Source of the DNA: Candidatus Omnitrophota bacterium
Lineage (GTDB): Bacteria; Omnitrophota; Gorgyraeia; Gygaellales; Profunditerraquicolaceae
DNA length: 64,000 nucleotides
Direction of reading: 5' to 3'
Assembly (NCBI GenBank): GCA_041663665.1
Contig: JBAYMG010000002.1
Span: 35,509 to 99,508 of the forward strand
Below, piece after piece: positions 18,933 to 25,598 of this stretch (positions are counted from its first letter, which is position 1; the number at the start of each line of letters is the position of its first letter). The position numbers and the translations under genes were made by a program. A model generated the notes under the pieces. It had not been told where the DNA came from and did not search any database. It saw only the letters and a list, made by a program, of their open reading frames with translations.

Positions 18933-20181
18933 TACTTCCTCCAAAATACTTTTGCCGCACTTCCGGTGAAACCGAATCCATCCCGAAGGCGCGGATGTAA
19001 CGCCGAACAGCAACATCCACATAAAGGGGTTCAATCTCACAGCCCCGAAACACCCTACCCATTTGTTGGCAGGCAATAAGGTTAAACCCTGCGCCCATGC
19101 AGCCGTCAAAAACGACATCATTACGCTCACTGCTGTTAGTCAAGACACGCCGAGCAAGCGATACCGGTTTTGCCGTCGGATGTAATTTGCCAACAGCCTC
19201 ATCATGGTCGAATTGCCAGACATTAGTTTCATTTTTTGGCCCATACCAGCGGTGTGGCCCATTACCTTTGCGCCATGAATAAAGTAAAAACTCTGAGGAA
19301 AATTTGTAATCACCAAACCCTGGGCAGGCGGAGGGTTTAATCCCGGTTATCACATTGGCCACATGGAAATTCATCTCAAGCAAAAGCTGTGTCATCAAAC
19401 CAAAATTGCGGAATCCACCCCAGAGATAAACCGGCGCACCCTCAACGAGGAATTGCATAACGTTCGCCATCACCTCTCTGAGCCACTTTAAATACTCTTC
19501 CCCAACCAAATCATCGTTCTCGATAGGCTTCCAATCCGGCCTCTGCTTTTCTTTGTGCGCAGACTTCGGCCGGTTGCGGGAATCGTAAGCGCAACCGTAG
19601 GGAAGATCCATGTGCAAGAGCGAAATCTTTTCATCGCCTAAAAGGCGCTCAAGGTTATCTTTCTTGGCAGTATCGAAGCAACCGAACTTGTGAAGACCAA
19701 CCTCCACAATATCGCCAGGAACTGTAACCGGCTTATCTATTTGCGAGATTTCTTTTTCGATATCAAAGTCCTCGTCAATCTGCGCAGTGTAGGTATCTAG
19801 GATATGAAACACTTCAATCGGCTCAAATCCGGTTAGGTTCAGCAGTTCCGGAGTCTTCATAATCTCTTGGAAAATTACCGGCAGGCTGGGGTTATCAAAT
19901 TCCCCGACGAGTTTATTTAGCGCCAAATTTAACGCCATTTCCTCTTCAATTGACAGGTCTACCGAAACCACGTTAACTTCTGTATACCCCAACTCGAGCA
20001 GGGCGCGCAGGCGCTGATTACCTCCAACCACATGCCAAGTTCGCATATTGACGATAAGCGGAGAGTAAACTTTAAATCTTCTAATGTTTTCTTTGAGCTT
20101 CTCAAAAACCGCCTTCTTCATCCTGCGCGGGTTGTAAGGCGCGAACTTTAACTTTTCAATTGCCATCTTTTGTCTTTCCAT
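18916..20181 (-). CDS. ParB-like nuclease domain / DNA methyltransferase fusion (phage-type)
   Basis: 421 aa. N-terminal ParB/Srx pattern (KLKFAPYNPRRM...VVGGNQRLRALLELG). MTase motif IV-like DLPYG and motif I-like VFDGCMGAGFN near the C-terminus (beta-class order). Confidence 0.65.
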   Translation of the reverse strand: MERQKMAIEKLKFAPYNPRRMKKAVFEKLKENIRRFKVYSPLIVNMRTWHVVGGNQRLRALLELGYTEVNVVSVDLSIEEEMALNLALNKLVGEFDNPSLPVIFQEIMKTPELLNLTGFEPIEVFHILDTYTAQIDEDFDIEKEISQIDKPVTVPGDIVEVGLHKFGCFDTAKKDNLERLLGDEKISLLHMDLPYGCAYDSRNRPKSAHKEKQRPDWKPIENDDLVGEEYLKWLREVMANVMQFLVEGAPVYLWGGFRNFGLMTQLLLEMNFHVANVITGIKPSACPGFGDYKFSSEFLLYSWRKGNGPHRWYGPKNETNVWQFDHDEAVGKLHPTAKPVSLARRVLTNSSERNDVVFDGCMGAGFNLIACQQMGRVFRGCEIEPLYVDVAVRRYIRAFGMDSVSPEVRQKYFGGSKNGKK

Positions 20182-20275
20182 GCTAACCTCCTTAGTTTTA
20201 ATGGTTTAAGTTTGTTTATCTTAAAACAAATGCTGATGTCAGACCTCCTTTCTGTAGTTTTATGGCCCATAAAAT

Positions 20276-20327
20276 AGAAACGGCTACCGATAGTCGTGTC
20301 TGTCACAAACTATCAGTAGCCGTTTCT
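20276..20327. repeat. 18-bp inverted repeat (one mismatch) with 16-nt spacer
   Basis: agaaacggctaccgatag ... ctatcagtagccgtttct, about 100 bp upstream of the ParB-MTase start. Confidence 0.5.
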
Positions 20328-20586
20328 AAGAAAATTCCTCGAGCTACACCCAACGGTCTAAATATTCAAGAGTCTTGCCGCTGCGGTTTTATCTTAAGCC
20401 AACACTAAAGAAAGATCAAATTACAATAAAAGTATACACAATTTTTTTGAGATTTCAAGTGGCAAAATAAATATTTTTTTGATTTATCGACGAGGTTTAT
20501 ATATCTTTATGCAAGATTACGTTTTTTTATATATTAATAGTCAAAATTATATTTTTTTACTTATCTTTTTCGCAAACAGGTTATAC

Positions 20587-21009
20587 TTATTTTGTCTTGC
20601 TTCCCAAAATAGCATTATTTAACTGCCATTGCATGATTTCGGTCTGTTTATTCATTATTATTACTTGAGATACCCCAGCAATAACCAAGACCAGGGTAAG
20701 AAGAGCCATTATGGTAGAATTAATATTCTGAGATTTTGCTGACTCTTTGTTTGAATTAATAATTTTTTCCGTAGAGTCTTTAATAGAATCTCTCAGCTCT
20801 TTTATGCTTTTGTTCGTTATCCCTATTGTACCATTTAAACTCGAAACATTATTACTAAGTGCTTCTTTAAAGATTGCGATTTCACTACTTAAAAACCGGA
20901 TACATTTTGATTGCAAGACAGCCTCAGCGGGAGATGCACTTGTCGAATCGGTAACCCTAGAAAGCAGCTCTTCTAATTCATCGATTGACATCTTAGCCAG
21001 GTTATTCAT
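20587..21009 (-). CDS. Coiled-coil protein with C-terminal transmembrane helix (hypothetical)
   Basis: 140 aa. Hydrophobic segment IMALLTLVLVIAGVSQVIIM near the C-terminus. 52 bp downstream of the Ntn-hydrolase gene, same strand. Confidence 0.4.
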   Translation of the reverse strand: MNNLAKMSIDELEELLSRVTDSTSASPAEAVLQSKCIRFLSSEIAIFKEALSNNVSSLNGTIGITNKSIKELRDSIKDSTEKIINSNKESAKSQNINSTIMALLTLVLVIAGVSQVIIMNKQTEIMQWQLNNAILGSKTK

Positions 21010-21061
21010 ATGCGCTCCTTCTGATTATGAGTAATACATATATTTTTTGCATAGCTAAATG

Positions 21062-21889
21062 CTAGCTTTTAATTTGTAATTCTTTTTTTTGTATCCATTT
21101 AAAACCGTCACGATGAGTTATTACAGCTATATCTACATCACCGCCACATCCCGGAACATCCCCTGGACTCATATTTATACCATCAGAAAATCGTTGCATT
21201 TTAATAGTGCTATTAACCATTAATAATGCAAAATCTACTGCATCCTGTAAAGCCATCGTAGACCAGTTTATTACATATTGCAACCCTGCCACCTGTGTAG
21301 CAATCGGAAGTTGATTCAAAGGTGGATTTGCAAGTATGTGCTGAACGACCGGAAGTTGTTCAATCCTTGGATCGAAGCCAAGGACCAACCTCATTACAAC
21401 ATCTACCTGACCATTCCAATTACAGCCAGCATTATTAGTATTACGAAGCAAGCTCGGAGCTCCCGGTGGTATTTGACACAAATGGACTTCTCCTACTGTG
21501 GAATTTTGATTGTACCCAACTACTTGAAATCCTACCGCTATACCACCCTGTGGAGCTGGGTTCCATTTTAAGGAAGTAATATTGTAGTTATAGATTTGCT
21601 GAAAATACTCGGATAGACGGGTTGCGGCCTCAGCAACATTGATTTCAGGATCTAAGGTCGACCTAAAATCTTCAACCAAAGCACCAATACTTATAAGGGA
21701 ATTGGCAGTTTCAGGCTTCAAAAATCCCCAACCGAAAGTAGCTACTGCAATTCTAGGTGACAATTGGAAAACTTTCGAGGCAAAATCAGAACCAACCCTA
21801 GCTTGCTGTTTTGGGTTGATATTAGTTTGTCTGCTATCCGCTGCCAAAACTATTCCCTCAGGAATAGCAACCGATATAATTATCGACAT
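21062..21889 (-). CDS. Proteasome-beta/HslV-like Ntn-hydrolase family protein
   Basis: 275 aa. N-terminus MSIIISVAIPEGIVLAADSRQT aligns with the proteasome/HslV start ([21 protein letters not shown]). Lys33-region KVFQL...IAVATFGWG matches K(V)xxL..(V/I)A..F.GG. GCGG matches the GSGG loop. Extra C-terminal extension of about 80 aa. Confidence 0.6.
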   Translation of the reverse strand: MSIIISVAIPEGIVLAADSRQTNINPKQQARVGSDFASKVFQLSPRIAVATFGWGFLKPETANSLISIGALVEDFRSTLDPEINVAEAATRLSEYFQQIYNYNITSLKWNPAPQGGIAVGFQVVGYNQNSTVGEVHLCQIPPGAPSLLRNTNNAGCNWNGQVDVVMRLVLGFDPRIEQLPVVQHILANPPLNQLPIATQVAGLQYVINWSTMALQDAVDFALLMVNSTIKMQRFSDGINMSPGDVPGCGGDVDIAVITHRDGFKWIQKKELQIKS

Positions 21890-21902
21890 CTTACTCTCCT
21901 TG

Positions 21903-22790
21903 TTATTTAGGTAAATCTGCTGGTAAATCTGATTTTAGATACTTCTTCAAACCGGCTTTATCGCCCTTGCCAACCAAAAAATCACATACAAAACAACCAG
22001 GTCTCTTATTATCTTTGCTTGGAACAACTTTTCCTTGATCCATTCCTTTATAGGTTAACATGCGTTCTGGCTGCCTTATACCTGTAAGTAACATTAAAAA
22101 CTCTGTGACTGCTAATCCTGCGATAGTCGTGTTTAGAGAAATTACCGCTGGCGCAGTTACTGAAACACCCAATCCATATCCGTGATTTTTCCGAAATACC
22201 TTTTCCTCATCACTCTCAAGCTCTTGCTTTGCTATTTCCGGATCAATCTGATTAGCACATAATAAACAAAAATCACCTGGCCTAGCAATAACTACCCTGC
22301 CTCCAAAATTTATGATTTTATCTCCTTCGCAAAATATTTCTGTTGCACAATCGATTAACACCTTTCTGTATGCAGCCGCGAGCTCAGTCAATATCATCCG
22401 GGCGCTATCGTTGTCCACGCAACCAAAAATTACATCTGGAAATGTTGATAGGCCTTCCAATGCTTCTGCCGTACGTAGATTACCTAGAGAAATAACCCTG
22501 GCTTCTGAATTTATAGATTTAATAACTCTTTGAGCTACTTCGATCTTTAGAGTTTTGTTTGTAACATCTTCTCTCGTAGAGCCAACGAGTCTATTCAAAT
22601 TCGACCCCTCTACTCGATCATCATCAAGAAGCATAAATTCCTGGATACCCAAATAAGCTAACATTTGCAGAATGCAAGATCCCATGCCACCTAAACCAAC
22701 AATCCCAACTTTAGTATTCATTATTACTTTTTGCCCTTCTGTTCCGAAAGCAAGAATTTGCCTTGCAAACTTATCTTGCGATTCAACCAT
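21903..22790 (-). CDS. E1-like ubiquitin-activating enzyme (ThiF/MoeB family; BilD-like)
   Basis: 295 aa. VGIVGLGGMGSCILQMLAYLGIQEFMLLDDDRVEGSNLNRL Rossmann/ATP motif. C-terminal Cys pairs (LLCANQ...CFVCDF). Confidence 0.85.
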   Translation of the reverse strand: MVESQDKFARQILAFGTEGQKVIMNTKVGIVGLGGMGSCILQMLAYLGIQEFMLLDDDRVEGSNLNRLVGSTREDVTNKTLKIEVAQRVIKSINSEARVISLGNLRTAEALEGLSTFPDVIFGCVDNDSARMILTELAAAYRKVLIDCATEIFCEGDKIINFGGRVVIARPGDFCLLCANQIDPEIAKQELESDEEKVFRKNHGYGLGVSVTAPAVISLNTTIAGLAVTEFLMLLTGIRQPERMLTYKGMDQGKVVPSKDNKRPGCFVCDFLVGKGDKAGLKKYLKSDLPADLPK

Positions 22791-23331
22791 GATTCCACCT
22801 CCTAAAAATACTTAAAAGTGACTTCTTAAGGGGAACCCCAACAATGTATTTAAATTTACCCGCGCTATCAACAACCCTTATTTCATTTATAAGCAGTGGC
22901 TTGCTCTGCTTAGGTAACCATATCTGCCCCCGCACGCCGTTCTTTGTAAATACGACAGCACCATATAGCTTATTGGGCAGTTTCCACCATACATATTGAA
23001 CAAATGCGTCCAAGCCATGCACATCGCTTGGAGAAAAAGCGGCGGGTCCGTTAAAACGATTGGAGTGACATTCCATTAAGTCACAATCATATTCACGCGC
23101 CTTCAGCATTACCTCAACTTTTTCGCGCTCATCAAGCTCCAAATGACAGTCGCTTTGGTAGACCCACCCGCCAGCCCCTATAGCATGGATATCCTTTACT
23201 TCAAATTCTATTGAGGATGGCTTTATACTGCTTTTAACAAAGAGAAAACAGCCCTGTTCTTTTCTTCCCCTGAAGAGGTGCTTCCGAACAAGGCTGTATT
23301 GCCGTTCTACAAATGACAGAGCAATAAACAT
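22783..23331 (-). CDS. JAB/MPN-domain (JAMM) peptidase-like protein (BilC-like), non-canonical metal motif
   Basis: 182 aa. EQGCFLFV (JAMM Glu region) then ECHSNRFNGPAAFSPSD in place of the canonical HxHx7Sx2D. 8-bp overlap with the E1 gene. Confidence 0.55.
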   Translation of the reverse strand: MFIALSFVERQYSLVRKHLFRGRKEQGCFLFVKSSIKPSSIEFEVKDIHAIGAGGWVYQSDCHLELDEREKVEVMLKAREYDCDLMECHSNRFNGPAAFSPSDVHGLDAFVQYVWWKLPNKLYGAVVFTKNGVRGQIWLPKQSKPLLINEIRVVDSAGKFKYIVGVPLKKSLLSIFRRWNHG

Positions 23332-23717
23332 TAGTTCAATTCCCTCAACCTGAGGTTAACAGACTTCATAAAAGTAAGCAGATTATCCCCTTTCTGAATT
23401 TCAGCTGAGGGCTGCCATATTTCCGGGTGCCAAGAAAAACAGCCCCAAGACCCTTGTATTGGTACTTGAGCTCCTTCACTATAGCTTGCCAATGGATTGT
23501 TATTAGCGAATTTTAGCCCTGCATCAACATAAAAATTATCAGGGGAAGCATGCGGATATGAACTCGAGATCAAAAAAAGCAACCTGGTTGTTTTACAATT
23601 ATACCCCTCTGGTAAATTAAAATCTGGGATCATTATCCATGCATAGTTCTGCCCGAATTGTAAATTCGGGTACTTTGCCTTTAATAGACATGCTTCTTCG
23701 GCAATCCTTTCTTCCAC
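23331..23717 (-). CDS. E2-like ubiquitin-conjugating enzyme (BilB-like)
   Basis: 128 aa. YPHASPDNFYV (HPN-like) and a downstream Cys in GSWGCFSWHPEIW. 1-bp overlap with the JAB gene. Confidence 0.5.
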   Translation of the reverse strand: MEERIAEEACLLKAKYPNLQFGQNYAWIMIPDFNLPEGYNCKTTRLLFLISSSYPHASPDNFYVDAGLKFANNNPLASYSEGAQVPIQGSWGCFSWHPEIWQPSAEIQKGDNLLTFMKSVNLRLRELN

Positions 23718-23720
23718 TTT

Positions 23721-23966
23721 TTACCCCCTTTTAAATTTTGGGGCGCGACCGAATCTATGCCCGGGCTGCAAATAGACGATTTCACCCTCAGTAAGGGTTT
23801 TTTCAGTACCATCCGGAAATTCTTCAACTATAATCACATTCTGCGGCAAATTGCCCAATGCACGTATTTCGGCCGGGGTAATTGTTTCTTTATGCCAGGG
23901 ATATTCTGTACCTTCAATATTTACAAAGTATTTCTTGCCTTTATTATCATTCTCTTCATGATCCAT
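23721..23966 (-). CDS. Ubiquitin-like beta-grasp protein (BilA-like) with C-terminal Gly
   Basis: 81 aa, ends ...KFKRG. First gene of the Ubl-E2-JAB-E1 operon, 3 bp upstream of the E2 gene. Confidence 0.45.
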   Translation of the reverse strand: MDHEENDNKGKKYFVNIEGTEYPWHKETITPAEIRALGNLPQNVIIVEEFPDGTEKTLTEGEIVYLQPGHRFGRAPKFKRG

Positions 23967-24029
23967 TTTAACTCCTTTTGTTTGATGGTGTTATTTCACT
24001 GAACGCGGTGAAACCGAACTTAAAATTTT

Positions 24030-24584
24030 TTACCTGATTGGTTCATATACATACTGTCTACCACCTCCTGTCACTACCTCGTCTTTTGTCTTAGTCAATA
24101 GCCCCATATCTTTCAATCTGGTAAGACGGTTGCTTGCTGCACTTATATTGTCCATCTTGTCCAAATCAAAGATATCTCTAGTAGTAATCTTGCTCTTACT
24201 GACCGCGGCAAAATAGGTATTTCTTAACTCTTCGCTTAATTTCCCTAAAATTTCAACTTCAGAATTCTGTTTTGTATAAACGCAGACTAGTTCTCTTTCT
24301 TTCAAGGCCACGTTTATATTCTCTTTTAAAGAATCGCTTAGTTCCTCTAAAACAACAAACTTATCGCCGAGCTCACCACTTAGGATGCGCCGGATAATCC
24401 GGCAGAGCGTTTCATCAACAAAGGAAAAATCTATAAATTTTACTTTGCTGAAGTTTAATGGCAGGATAACATCAACTGGTTCGCTTTCGAGTCTTTTTAA
24501 TATCGACTCTCTTATGCGAGCACCTTCTTCCCTGCCACTTAACATCTCTTGATCTATTATAAAGGAAGCTATTTTTTTAAGCAT
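24030..24584 (-). CDS. STAS-like (DUF4325-like) domain protein
   Basis: 184 aa. N-terminal DVILPLNFSKVKFIDFSFVDETLCRI, an anti-sigma-antagonist-like fold. Confidence 0.45.
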   Translation of the reverse strand: MLKKIASFIIDQEMLSGREEGARIRESILKRLESEPVDVILPLNFSKVKFIDFSFVDETLCRIIRRILSGELGDKFVVLEELSDSLKENINVALKERELVCVYTKQNSEVEILGKLSEELRNTYFAAVSKSKITTRDIFDLDKMDNISAASNRLTRLKDMGLLTKTKDEVVTGGGRQYVYEPIR

Positions 24585-24650
24585 ATAATTAGTTCATCGC
24601 TTTCACTGAAGTAAGTATAAACGATTATCTTTACTTTGTCAAGGTGTTTT

Positions 24651-25538
24651 TTACGCTAATTCGGAAAGGCTTATAGACACCTGCGTTCCCGGGAACTGCA
24701 CTGTCTGAGACCCACGTGCATTATGACGCAGATATAATCGAGAATCACCAGAACGAATATGCAATGCGCCACCATAATCTTTTGCTATCTTTGAAACCAT
24801 ATATAAACCAAGCCCCCTATTGGGATAAGCTGAAAATTCTTTTTTTAAAGCCTGCACTATAGCGTCAAAATGGCTCCAGGATGAAACATCATACCTTGCC
24901 CCAAGGCTACTCTTAATTCCCACCCCTAAATCACCTACCCCAATTACAACATAGCGCTTGTTATCTAAGCGCCTTTGGTATCTTTGAACGGCCACAAACC
25001 CTTCATCCTTACTATGGTCTTTTATATTATAACAAAGCTCAGAAACAATATTGGTTAGATCTGATACTTCCTTTTCTCCAAAATTTAATTCACTATTAAG
25101 AATAGTGCTTAATCTCTCTAGGACATTTTTGATATCATCATGCGGCACTTTTTCCTTCTTCTCAATTTTAGTTAACTCAAGAACAACCTGTTGGCTCAAC
25201 TGTTGCCCAGAAGCTGAACCATCTACCGTGTTTTTAACTTGTGCGAAACTTTCGGCTAGCTTAACAAAACCCATAGCACGAAGATATGATTGGCAGTCAA
25301 AGTCATCGGGTAAAATAACGCTAAGGTTCTTAGATTTATTCCATAGCTGACGCCCGGCAAGACAAAGAGCAACTAATCCATAAGGATCAACAAACTTTAT
25401 TTTTTGCAAGTTTATTTCTACAGGAGAACCTTCTTCAAGAGGAATATTTATTTTCTTAAATAAATTGTCGCTTGTAACGGCATTCAAAGATTCATCTCCA
25501 ACGACAATTTGTTGCACTTCTAGCATAATATTTTCCAA
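24651..25538 (-). CDS. STAS-like N-domain fused to GHKL (histidine-kinase-like) ATPase
   Basis: 295 aa. VEINLQKIKFVDPYGLVALC (STAS-like). ATPase boxes SELCYNIKDHS, VIGVGDLGVGI (DxGxG), GLGLYMVSKIAKDYGG (G2). Confidence 0.6.
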   Translation of the reverse strand: MENIMLEVQQIVVGDESLNAVTSDNLFKKINIPLEEGSPVEINLQKIKFVDPYGLVALCLAGRQLWNKSKNLSVILPDDFDCQSYLRAMGFVKLAESFAQVKNTVDGSASGQQLSQQVVLELTKIEKKEKVPHDDIKNVLERLSTILNSELNFGEKEVSDLTNIVSELCYNIKDHSKDEGFVAVQRYQRRLDNKRYVVIGVGDLGVGIKSSLGARYDVSSWSHFDAIVQALKKEFSAYPNRGLGLYMVSKIAKDYGGALHIRSGDSRLYLRHNARGSQTVQFPGTQVSISLSELA

Positions 25539-25598
25539 TCTAGCCAGTCCTATAATCGCAAAGACGTAACTTAGAATGATGGGGGGCTTTCATCTTCT

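Larger units (their letters stand above)
16389..20181. mobile_element. Phage-derived gene fragment (XRE, TerL, TerS-like, ParB-methyltransferase), no structural genes
   Basis: Terminase large subunit, HTH small-subunit-like protein and ParB-MTase fusion are contiguous. G+C is visibly higher than the flanks. Confidence 0.5.
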
